Positions 23,201-34,457 of a stretch of DNA of 64,000 nt are shown here, piece after piece. Source of the stretch: Cyanophora paradoxa CCMP329 (Eukaryota; Plantae; Glaucophyta); assembly GCA_004431415.1 (NCBI GenBank), contig QPMI01000511.1:62001-126000 (forward strand), given 5' to 3'. The position numbers and the translations under genes are program-made. Positions within the stretch are counted from its first letter, which is position 1; each line of letters opens with the position of its first letter. The notes beneath the pieces are model-generated. The model ran no database searches and had not been told where the DNA came from. It saw only the letters and a program-made list of their open reading frames with translations.

Positions 23201-23349
23201 TAATAGATTACGCTGCAAGGCGTGATCAGTTTCTCTCCGCCGGAGCGCGCTGCCGGGGCCGCGCCCTTACCTCCGGGGTACAGCCTGCGCACGGCCGCCC
23301 ACAGTACCCCCACTTTCTTTTCGGCTTCGCGTTAGTTGCAGCTTCGCGG
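23201..23349 (+). repeat. Split direct repeat A2 (149 bp)
   Basis: Copy of 14264-14412, directly abutting B1. Confidence 0.95.
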
Positions 23350-23786
23350 CCCGCCCGCCTCTCCCGGAACTTCGGAAGCCGCGATCGCGATTAACTGGCC
23401 TGGAGCACCGGCAGGTGCCGGGCTATTTTCCGAATTTTTCAACGTTAACCCAACGATACGGTCTAGCTATAAGAATTAATCGGGGGAGGGGACCCGGAAA
23501 CTCACGGCCGCAGGTCGGTTCTGGAAATCAATCGGTCTGGATGCTTGGATCCAGGGCCCAACCCCCCCTCGTTTTCCGTTGCTAGGTAGGGCGCGGGGGA
23601 GAGAAGCTTTTTCATCAATGGGTGCGGGGCGGCACGCTGGAGGGGCGTGCGCTCTGTTCTGCCTTGGGCGCACCCGGTCGGGGGCGGGGAAACCGTCATG
23701 CCCCCGATCCCTTTCTCTTTCCGCTGGGACGAACAGGCGGAGGGGCCGTTCGTTTCCACCGTTTTTACGGCCCCACATTCCTATGT

Positions 23787-24367
23787 GCCGGCCGGGCGGT
23801 ACAGCGTACCTCCGGCTATCATCCATCATTGCTCAATTATTGTAGACGTATAGTATGCTTCTTGAGTGCGCGCCAAGAGGGCCGACCAGCCCCGGCCGGG
23901 AAACATGCAGTGAGGGAACGGTCACCCCGTTTCTTCCCTCCTGCCCCGTGCCGGAAAAAAGATCTGGTCGCTTTTCCCTCCTGGCCGCGCAGCGGCACAC
24001 CGGGGCGATGAGATACTCGCCCCGGGGGCTCGCCTATGCTGAGCCTGATCACGAGGCGTCGTCCTCTCTTTTCTCCCCCGCGCCATTCCCGTGGATCGTG
24101 CACGTGCGCGCACGCGCGCCGTGACGTCGATCCCGTGAGTGAAAGCGATAGGCGCAAATGTTATTGTGTCAACCAATGAGGCCGCACGAGTGAGCGCCCG
24201 GCGGCGCTGGCGCAAGCCAGCGCTCGGCAATGACAAGCCGGAGTTCGCCAAGTAATACGTAATATTAGCGCTCGCTCGTGGCGGCCGACGCGGCCGTGGT
24301 TAGATATACGGCAGTGCCCTAAGGGAGGCAGCGCGTGAGCCCGGCAGCTGGCGCACAGAAGGAGAGA
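23787..24367 (+). repeat. Split direct repeat B2 (581 bp), right end of the element
   Basis: gccggccgggcggtacag...cacagaaggagaga, a copy of B1. Confidence 0.95.
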
Positions 24368-24381
24368 AAGAGATTCAGAGA

Positions 24382-27300
24382 CTAGAATGCCGGCAGGCCG
24401 CTAGTCGCGGTCGCCGCCGGGGAGGGGGGTCTGGTAGCGGGAGTGGCGGGAGGGGGAGTCGGCGCCCAGGGAGGGGGTCCCCGCGGCGGCCGGCGTGCGG
24501 GGCCCCGCGCGGGGCGGCCGCTGGCTCTTCTCGGGGCTCGGGCCCCGCGACGTGGAGATCGGGGGGTACCGGGAGGGCGACGCCCCCGCGGGGGAGGCGA
24601 CCGGCGTCGCGGCGCCGGCGGAGGGGGCGGCGGTGGACGCCGAGGGGCGGGCGGGCGGCCGGCGGGCGCGACGGGGGTAGGCGCCGGCGCGGGGGCCAGC
24701 GGCGCGAGGCGCGGCGTGCCGCGGGGGCGGGTGCGCCGAGGGGCCCCGCGACGGCTGCAGCGGCGGCCCGCGGAAGGCGCCGCCGGCACCTGCCGCCGCC
24801 CCCGGCCCGGCGCCCTTGAGGGGGCTGACGGAGAGCCCGCGCGAGTGGGGCGCCGGCAGCGGCGACTGCTGCTGCGGCTCGGCCGTCGAGGCGGCGCGGC
24901 CGCCGCCGCGCAGCTCCGGCGCCCGCACCCCGCGGCGGGCCGTCCGCCGGCGCGCCGCCTCCTCCTCCTCCTCATCTTCGGGGTCGCTCCCGCGGGGCGC
25001 CCAGCGGACGGAGGCGGGCGAGGGCTCCCCCTCCCCCTCCCCTCCTCCTCCCCGGAGCCGCTGGAGGGGCCGGCAGCGCCCCGCCGGGCCGGCCGCGCCC
25101 GCGGCTGCGGCCTGCGGGGGCCGCCCTCGGAGCGCGGGCGGCTCGCGGAGCGCGCCCGCCGCGCCGGCGGCCCACGGGAGCTGCTCCGCCGCCTGCGCGG
25201 CCTCTCCTCCTCCTCCTCCAGCTCCTCCTCCTCCTCGCTGGTGTCCGGAGCGCGGGGCCGGCGGGAGCGGCGTGGCGGGGCGCCGCCCTCGAGGCGGTCG
25301 AGGTGGGCGGAGGCGTCGGCGAGGGAGGCGTCAAGGTCGCGGCGGATGTCGTCGCTCAGGTGCCGCGCCAGCGCCAGCGCGGCGCCCAGCGGGTCCCGCC
25401 CCGCCCCCGGCCCCTCCCCCGCCCCGCCCGCCTCCGCCCCGGCCGCGGCGGCGGGGAGGCGGGGGCGGCCTCGTCCCCGGGCGGCGGGTGTGGCTCGGGC
25501 GGGGGGCGCGCGAGGGCGCGGTCGAAGGCGGGGAGGAGGCTCGGGAGCGCCGCCACCGCCTCCACGGGGGCCGCCGGGGAGGCGGCCGGGGAGGCGGGGC
25601 GCGGGGCGAGGGCGTCGGTACCGCCGCCTGGGGCGAGGCCTGCGCGGGGGCCGTCGGCGAGCGGAGGAAGGGCGACGCCGCGGCGTCCCCGGCGGCCCGG
25701 CGCCGCCGCCGACGCCGGCGCCCTCCAGCGGCGGGGCGGCCACTGCCGTACCCGACGCCGGAGCCGCCTCCTGCACGGGCCGCTCGGCTTAGGCAGACGG
25801 GAGTCGGCTGGCGGTGGGAGTGAAGGCACCGTTGGTTGCTCTTGGAAGCGCACGGCGGGGCCTGGAGCGGGCGCCGCTGCCGCCCCGCCGCTGCCGCGAG
25901 CGCTGAACTCGCCCACTGCGGCGGCGGCGAGAGGTGAGGGGGCGGAGCGGGCGGTGCGGGCGTGCGGGCGGGGCGCACGGGGGACGACGAGGCGGGAGAA
26001 GGGCCGCAGGGCGGGCAGCTCCTTCGAGGCGAGCAGCCGCCCGTCCCGCGCCGACCGCACCTGCCGCCGCCTCAGGAGAGGGGGGGAGCACCCGGCGGGG
26101 GGGTACGCTGGACCTCGAGGTAGGCGGGGAGGCGGGGCCCGAAGGCGGAGGGCGGCAGCACGAAGAGCGCGTCCCCGAACGTGTCCGTCTCCGCCGCCGC
26201 GTCCCCCTGCCGCCCCGCGAGGTCGGGCGGGGCTTGGAAGGCCGGCCGGCGGGCGGAGGCGGCGCACGCGGACGAAGGCGGGGGGAGCGGGGGCGGCGGG
26301 GCGGTGGGGGCGGGGGGGCGGGCGTAGGCGGTGTAGGCGAGGGCGAGGGCGCAGGGCTCGACGGCGCCTTCCTCGAGCATCGCCAGCACGCTCGTCCGCA
26401 CGGTCTGCGCGGGGCTGGTTGACGGAGGGCGAAGGGGGCGGGGCGGGGCGGGGCTGTGGGGAAGGGTGGCACCACGAGGACGGGGAGGGCCTCGACGTCC
26501 AGGCGGGCGACGCCGACGGAGCCCGGGGCGACGCGCGCCCGGGCGGCGGCGAGGGGCGCCCCCGCCTTCGTCTCCAGCGTCACCCGCTTCTCCCCGGGCA
26601 GCAGGCCCTCGAACGCCACCTCCTCCGAGCTCAGCTTGTACCCCGCCGCCGTCCTGGGAGGGGGGGGGTGCGATGTGAAGGAGCGGCGTAGGCGAGAGCA
26701 TTGGGGCCGGGCACCGCTCCATGAGGCCCTCCGAGTCGTAGACGACGACGGAGAGGGGCACGCGGACGGCGGAGGCGCCCGAGGGGGACGAGCGCACGTC
26801 GAAGCCCATGCGCGGGAGGCGCACGTACACCTGGGGGGCACGGTAAAACGGTGCGGTGTAGGGGGCGGGGAGAGGGTACGGCGCACCACGAGGTCGCAGA
26901 GGCCGGCGGTGCGCATGGGGGCGGCGGCGAAGTAGCCCGGGGGAGGGGGCGAGGGGGCGCGGCGGGGCGGGGACGGGGAGCGGGAGGGGGCGCGGCGGGT
27001 TGGGGAGGGGGACCCCCGGCGGGAGGGGGGCCGGGAGCCGTAGAGCGGCAGGGGCGCGGCGAGGGGGCCCAGGCCGAAGGCCGGCCGCGGCGTCGGGAGG
27101 GCGGCGCCCGTCGCGGGGCCCCACCCGGGGCGCGGGGTGCCCAGCGGCGGGCCGCCACCGCCCCACGGAAGTGGCGGGGCGGCCCCGACGGAGGGCGGCT
27201 CCCGAGGCGGGCGAGGAAGCGGGCGGGGCGGCTCGCCCGCCACCCGTACCGCCCCTGCGCCTTGTGCGAGGGCGCAGGGGCCCCCATGTGGCGCCACGGC

Positions 27301-30300
27301 GAGAGGGAGACGCCCGTGCCGTCCAGCGAGCCCCCGCCGAACCCGACGTGCGTCACGCGCCGGTACGCGAAGGCGAGGGCCAGCAGGAGCACTGCGCGCG
27401 CGTCACGCGGGGGGTACCGGGGCAGAGAAGAGGAGGGCGGGCGGACGGATGGCGGCGGTGATGGCGCCGATGACGATGCCGGCGATGGCGCCGGCGGAGA
27501 GGCCGCTGGCGGCGCCCGGGGCCGGGGCCGGGGCCGGGGGGGCGGCGCGGGGGAAGGGGGTGGCGAGAGGCAGGGAGGCGGCAGGCCCGGGGCCGGCGAG
27601 GAGGCCGGCGCCCAGCAAGGGGAACTCGGGCCCGAGGGAGAGGGAGCCGGCGGCGAGGGCCGACCCCACGGCCCGCGCCACGCCGGCCGCCGCCGCCTCG
27701 CTCTCCGCCCGCCCGGGGGCCTCCACCTGGGGCCCCGTGAGGCCGCGCCGGGGCCGGCGGGGCGGGCGGGGGCGGGGCGGACGAGGGCGACGAGGGAGCC
27801 CTCGTAGTAGTCCAGCAGCCGCATCTGGCCCCGCCCCCGCCCCGTCAGACACGGCCGGCGGGCGGGGCGGGGCGGAGAGGGCGGGCCTGGTCGCGCTGGA
27901 GGCCGGGAAGAGGGCGGCTGCCTCGAGGGCCCCGCGAGGGCCCCAGCAGCCGCAGCTGCGCCCTGCCCCCGCCCGCCCCGTCAGGCGGGGCGGGAAGACG
28001 CGGGGGGCTCGGCAGGCGCACTCCGGGGTGAAGTTGGCGGGGGAGCCCTGGACGCGCAGCTGCAGCGTGAGCGCGAAGGCCGTCTCGTTCGCCCCGGCGT
28101 CGGCGCGGGGGCCGGGGCCGGCGTGGCCGGCGCGGGGCCGTCGAGGCGGGGGCGGGGCGGGGCGATGGCATGGGGACGGAGGCGGCGAGGGCGGCGGAGC
28201 GGAGGGTCGCGCGGAGCACCGCCGAGGCCGGGGCCGGGCCGCCCTCGCCAGAGGCGGCCGCCTCGCAGACGGAGGGCCCCTCGAGGGCCGGGCAGTCGGC
28301 CCGGGCCCCAGGGCGACGCTGGCCGTCTCCCGGCGGCCCCCGAGAGGCGGAGGGCGAGGCAGGCGCCGGCGAAGGGCGCCGGCGGGCCGGAGCCGGCGGC
28401 GGGCCGGCGGCGCAGCGGAGGCGCTCGCCGTCGTAGGAGGCGGCGTGGCAGGCGAGCGCCGGCCACTCCGCCCCGTCCACCCGCACCTGCGCGCGGCCAT
28501 CTGCGTCGGCGGGGCGCGGCGTCGGAGAGGCCCGGCGGGCCCTCACCTCGACGAGGACGGCCCCGGGCGGGCAGCGGGGCGCGTGAGGGAGAGCTGCGGG
28601 GCGCCTGAGCCGGGAGAGGCACGGGGGCAGGGCGGGGGAGCGCTCGCCTGGAGGGAGTACTCGCGGGGCTCGGGGAGGCACGCGGCGGGGCCGGCGGGGT
28701 CCTCGTGCAGGGCCGCCGGCGTCCGCGCCGCCCCGCTGTACACCGCCCCCCCGACGAGCGCCGAGCAGCCGGCGCCCTCGCAGGCCGCTGCCGCGTCCAC
28801 GTAGACCGTCCCCAGGTCCGCCCCCGCCGCCCCCGAGGCGAAGCTGGACGCGTAGAGAAGGTAGTACCCCGCTGCGCCCGCCCGGCGTGAGGCGGTGGGG
28901 TACGCGGGGTGGAGAGCGGGTGCGGGCACCGGGGAGGTCGACTGGTACGGTGTAGTTGAGGGAGGGCGAGGCGGCGCTCGCGTTCGCCAGGAGCACGCGC
29001 CCTGCGCGGGCGCCTCGTCTTCAAAAAACAAAAAAAAGGGGGGGGTCGGCGGGGTACCGGAGAGGGCGGGGAGGAGGGCGGCGGGGTCGGCGGGGCCCGG
29101 GCCGAAGGCGGCGGGGCCGACGAGGGGCGCCAGGGCGGAGCGGAACTCGGTGGGGGCCAGCAGGCCGACGCGGGCGCGGGGTACGCCGTCGGCGGCGAGG
29201 GCGACGCGGCGGGGGGCGCCGGCCGGGAGGAGGTAGGGGCGGCCGCCTCGCGGGGCGAAGGGCGTGCGGGCGGCGGTCAGGAGGAAGGGGGAGGGGGCGG
29301 CCCCCAGGGAGATGCGCAGTCGGCCGGAGGCGAACGGGGCGAGGGGCGGCAGAGTCGAGGCCCGCAGGTCCTCCGCGGAGGGTAGGGGCGCCAGGGCGAG
29401 CACCCCGCCCACATCCCCGGGGGCCGAGGCGGAGGGGCCCTGCAGGGAGGAGGGGTACAGGGCCGCCAGCAGGAGGGTCCCGGAGGGGACGGAGGGGGGT
29501 ACGGTTACGGAGGCGGTGCCGGAGGGGCCGGGGGCGGAGGCGGAGGCGAGGGGCGCGGGGCGGGGGCGGCGGAGGCGGCGGTGGAGGTGAGGCGGGCGGT
29601 GAGATTGGCGGGGGGTACGGCGTCGGAAGCGTACAGGGCGGCGGTGACGGGGCCGAGGGGGCCGGGGCGGGGGCCCAGGAGAGGGCGCAGGCGGCCCCGG
29701 GCTCGCAGACGAGCACGGCCGGGGCGGGGGCCGGCTCCTCCCCGGGCAGGCGGGGGTCGCAGAGGGCGGCGGCGAGCGAGGGGGGGCCGGCGAGGGCGAG
29801 GGGGCCGGCGCAGAAGGGGTAGAGGGGCGCCGGCTCGGCGACGGAGAGCAGGCCGACGTCGAGGGGCCGCCCCTTGGCGGTGAGCAGCACGCCCAGGACC
29901 GTCCCCGCCTCCAGCCCCGCCGGCACCCGGAAGGTCGTCTCGAAGCCGCCGGGGAGGGTGCGCGAGGGGGCGGGGAGGGGGGCGTCGGGGGCCGGGGGGT
30001 AGGCGGGCCCCGTGAGGGCGGCGATGAGGGCGACGGAGTCTGCGCTGGAGTAGAGGGCGAGGGCGGCCGAGGCCGGGGCCAGGTCCCGGAGGCCAGCGGC
30101 TCGGCCCCCGTCGCCGCCCACCGCAGCGTGCACGCCCGGCCCCGCCCGCACGCCGCCGCCTCCGCCGCCGTCCCGTTGCACAGCCCCAGCAGCACCGACG
30201 GCGGGAACGAGAGCGCCGCCCGACGCTCGACGCCCTCGCACGCGGCGTACGGCCGCGGGCCCCGGGGAGCGCCGAGGTCCGCAGGAGGGCGGCGGAGAAG

Positions 30301-32176
30301 GTCAGGCGCGGGGCCGCCTCGCCGGGGCGCCGGCCGCGCAGCCGGCCGGCTCGCCCTCGGCCGGGCACGCGCTACCGTTGCCGTTCCGCTGCGCGCGGGC
30401 GTGAGGGGCGCGCGGGCGGGCCGGGGGCTTGGGCGCGGGGTACCAGGACGAGGGAGAGGGTGTTGGAGGAGGGCCCGCCGAAGGCCGCCCAGAGGCAGGC
30501 CCCCGAGAAGGCGCCGTACCCGCCGGGGGCGGCGGGAGGCAGCGGGCGGGCCCGCGGGCCTCGAGGCGGGCGAGGAAGCAGCGGAAGGCGCGGCGGCCCT
30601 CGAGCCGCAGCTCCAGCAGCAGCGAGCCGGCCGCCGGCGCCGAGAGGAGCGCCTCCGCCGCGAGGGCGCGCGCCGGCGGGCAGGAGGCGGAGGGCGGCGC
30701 CGCGAGGTCCGTGGGCACGCTCGCCTGCCCCGCGAACGAGGCCGGGAGTGCCGCCTGCGCGCACCCCGACCCCGCGCACGGTCCTGCCGCCCGGCCCCCC
30801 GGCGTCGAAGGCTGCGGCGCGGCGAGCGGGCGCCGGGGGATCGCGCACCCGGGGCCTGGATGGACACCAGGCCTGCCGCCGCCGCCCCGCGCGAGGCGGA
30901 GAGCAGGACCGCGTAGTAGTCGCCCCCTGCCGCCCCGTATCGGCGGGGTACGGCGAGACTTCCGGGGGGAGAAGAGAGCGCACCGGGGAAGTCGAGGGGT
31001 ACGGGCCACTCGAGCACGTCGCCGGTGGCCCCCGCGGAGAGCACAGCGGCCGGCTCGGCGGCTGCGCGGGAGGGATCAGGCGCGGGGTACGGAGGGGGGA
31101 AGGGGGGTACCGAGGAGGGCGCGGAAGAGGGCAGTGCCGTTGAGGTCCTCGAGGAGGGCGCGCCGCGCGACCGCCGAGAAGTTCGCCGCGCCGAGCAGCA
31201 CCGCCCGTAGGGGGTACACGTCCCCCGCCGCAACCGTCCACTGGGCGGCGGCGGGTGAGGCGCGGCAGGGCGCGTCAGGGCGCGGGCGCACGGAGAGCGA
31301 GAGGTTGCCGCCGGCGTGGGCGAGGAAGGAGGCGCCGCTGCGGAGAGCCGCGCGGGCTGCGCGGGCGCGGAACGCCGCGAGCGGCTGCGCCGCGTCCGCC
31401 AGCGGCAGCGCAGACGTGAGCTCGAGCAGGCCCCCTGCGCGCACCGAGTCGGCCACGGTCGGGGCGGGGCGGGGCGCAGGCAGGGGCGGAGGGCACCGGC
31501 GAGCTGGGAGAAGGAGGAGAGGACGCGGGCGGGGCTGTCGGCGGGGGCGACCTCGACGAGCCCCGCGTCGAGCGCGCGGCCGCCCGCCTCGACGCAGACG
31601 ATGAGCCGCGTCCCGGTGGGCGTCCCCGCCGGCGGCGAGATGCCGGCCGCGCCCAGCAGGGCCAGGTAGGAGCCGTAAAGCGTCTGGGTGGGCGCGGCGG
31701 CGACGGCCGCGCCCGAGCGGAGCGCGCTCTCGACGGCGGTCCGGTTCGACTCGCTGTAGACGCGCACAGCGACGACGGCGGAGGCGGCGAGCGAGGAGGA
31801 CCACTGGAGCTGGCAGGTCGCCCCCGCCGCGCAGGTGAAGCCGGCAGTCAGGAGCCCGCCGAACGGGCCGTCGCGGTCGCTCGTCGCGTTCGTGCACTCC
31901 AGCTCCAGGAGCGAGGCCGGCCGCACCAGCCGCAGCGGCCCTGCGCACGGGGGCATCACGGGCCGGCGCTGTCAATCTTGGTCGAGACCAGGGCGCACCG
32001 CTGCAGGTCGCGGGGGCAGCGAGCGTTCGTGCGATGCCCAGCAGGAGGAATAGAACTCCTGCGGTTGCCGCAGCTTTGCCGGGTCGCGAGCCGCACATGC
32101 GGGAGACGTTGACGGGCGCTGGATTCAAACTTCGACCTCGGGCCGGGGGCCTAGCTGCTAGTGCTAGCTCTTTCAT
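24382..32176 (-). CDS. Large multi-exon type I membrane/surface protein (signal peptide, repeated Cys-containing beta modules, TM, Pro/Arg/Ser-rich cytoplasmic part); may be two genes
   Basis: Signal-like AGVLFLLLGIARTLAA (~32010-32065). Three C-x2-G-x2-C-x-L-x-W modules. TM GLSAGAIAGIVIGAITAAI/LLLALAFAYRR (~27355-27505). A GT-AG intron at ~26832-26886 joins GLCDLV to VYVRLPRMG. The start could be 32098 or 32176. Confidence 0.55.
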
Positions 32177-32679
32177 GGCTGCTTCGAGGGCTGAACGGTA
32201 GTGCGCTGACGAGGCAGCTCGGCATCTAGCAAGCCGAGCACCGCGCACGCCTCGCGCGATGCGTGCAGGCTGACGGTACCGCCGGTCTACGACCAATAGA
32301 GTTCTCCGGCAGCTTCCTGGGGCGTGCGAGCGCGGCCTCGACGAGCCGGTACCCCCCAGACCAAACTTGAGAAGGAGAGACCAGAGCACCGGGCGAGCGA
32401 GCGAGACGCAGAACGCAATCAGCGAACGTCCCAGAGCGTTCAGAAAGCGTCGCTGAGGAAACGTACGAGTCAGCAACGCGCACGTAGGCGAAGCACCAAG
32501 CGCGGTCGAGCGCGGGATGGGCAACGCGGCGAGACGCATCGCTGGCCTCGGCGACCCGCTGCAGGCGCAGCGGGATGCGCTGCGCCGGTGCCAGCGCAAA
32601 GTGCGCGGCGTAGACCTCTCGCCGCCATCGTCGACGGCGCCCCTCCCATCGCCCACGCTCGGCTTCGCAGGTAGAGGAA

Positions 32680-33853
32680 ATGATGGAGCGGGAGGGGGCC
32701 GCGGCGGAGAGCTCTAGCAGCCTGGGCGCGCTGCAGAGGAGAAAGTACCAGGAGCACCTCATCCGGCAGGCGCAGGCGCTCGTCGCGCGGCTCGACGAGA
32801 AGGTGCGGCTCCCGTATCGCTTCGGAGCGCAGACCCGCCCGCAGCCGATGCCGCGCTGCAGGCGCAGGGCATGGGGCGCAAGCTGCAGGAGCGGGGCGGC
32901 GGCGGGTCGACCGGAGCGGCAGGCGGGGACGCGGTCGCAGAGCTTGGGCGGGAGCTGCAGCGAGCAGAGCAGGCGGGCGGCCGCGCCGCGTCGCGCGCCC
33001 GTCCTGCGCCGCCCCTCGCTGACGCCGCTGCGCTGCTGCAGGCCCTCGCGGGACCAGCTGATGAGGACGGCGGTGCGAGGAGCGAGCCTATGAGCCTGCG
33101 GCGGAAAGCGGCGGTCGCCGCGTGGGCCTCCTGGATGCTGCTCTCCTTCTGCATGCCCCGCGAGTTTGGCGTGCGCACGGCCACCCCCGCATACCCCCTC
33201 CAGCCGTCAACCGTACCCCCACAGGTCCCCTGGTTCATCGTGGGCGCCCTCATCGGGATCTGTACCCTCGGTCTCGAGACGCGCACGCGGGGCGACACCC
33301 TCTCCGCCTACTCGTGCGCCCCGCGCCTCACTCCCCCTCCCCCCCCCCACCCCGGAAGCAAACGGGGGTACGCGTGGTGACCGTGTGCCAGGGTGTTCAA
33401 CCCCGGGGTGGAGCGGCTCGAGGGCGCCATGACGGCCGACTCCTTCGCTCTACCCGGGCAACCTCGCTACGACGCGCGTCCCGCCCCCCCCCCCCCCCCC
33501 CCCCCCCTTCTCCCCCCCCGCTGAGCGCCGGCGGCAGGCCCCCGAGGGCGGGGCGGGGCCCTCCTCCTCCTCGCGGGCGGGGGCGGCCCCGGCGGGGGCC
33601 CCGGCGCACCACCGCATCGAGTCCAACTTCGTGTCCCCGTCGGGCATCACCCTCGTGCGCGCCTCGCTTGAGACTAGACGCGGCCCACTGACCCCGGCCC
33701 CCGCAGGCGGACTACGAGGACGCGTACGAGGAGGAGGCGGACGCGGACGGGGCGGGCGGGGGCCCGGGCGGGCAGCTGCGGCTGCGGGGCAAGGAGCGCA
33801 ACGCGGCGTGCCCCTGCGGCTCCGGCAAGAAGGCCAAGAAGTGCTGCGGCTAG
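32680..33853 (+). CDS. SAYSvFN-domain (SAYSD1-like) membrane protein with C-terminal SEC-C motif; multi-exon
   Basis: A hydrophobic hairpin is followed by RTRGDTLSAYS|VFNPGVERLEGAMTADSF after removing the intron at ~33314-33391. The C-terminus is ERNAACPCGSGKKAKKCCG*. Confidence 0.85.
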
Positions 33854-34457
33854 TTGTACAGGGCGGCTTTCTGAGGCAGGTTGAGCGACTTTGTCGTGCT
33901 GTGCATATGCATGCCAAGCCTCGAGCCCGTGTTCAGGGCTGGATAAGAACCCAACGGACTCATCGCCGTATACGTAGCATGCGCATTGCATGTGGCATTT
34001 TTACATGGCATTTAATTTAGATATCGTTGCAGGGGTGGGCAGCGCCGAGCACCTATACTAACTGTCTATATATAGCTGCCGCTACTTGCTTATTAAATAA
34101 TTGAATGCTCGCGATCGTGATCGCGTATACATGTTGGTCAGAGCTTACAAACGGGATATCGATATCAGCTGCAGAGCCTTGTCGCAGCTGGTCATGAAGA
34201 ATTTGATTCTATAGCTAATTAAATGTAAACAAAACTAGCCGAGCAGAGGGTCAAGAATATTGAAGACTGAAGACTAAGATGTCGATATCAATCTACCACG
34301 CGAGCTCGAGCTCAGCGGCTCAAGGCCCAGGACGAGTTCGAGTTTGGACCGGATCCGGAGCTCGTGATTTAATATTGCAATTGTTGATGGCGATGAAGGA
34401 GGGCGGATCCGAAGTCCCCTAACTAGCTATATACATGTAGGCTCGAGCTCGCAAAAG

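Larger units (their letters stand above)
14264..24367 (+). mobile_element. Tyrosine-recombinase retrotransposon (DIRS order, PAT/Ngaro/TOC-like split-direct-repeat architecture A1-ORFs-B1-A2-spacer-B2)
   Basis: gag-like, RT/RNaseH and YR ORFs occur in that order. A repeats are at 14264-14412 and 23201-23349; B repeats are at 22620-23200 and 23787-24367. B1 directly abuts A2. No target-site duplication is visible. Confidence 0.92.

Noticed and set aside
22593-24251. Duplicated small ORFs (106, 89 and 109 aa)
   Set aside because: They simply reflect the B1/B2 repeats of the retrotransposon.
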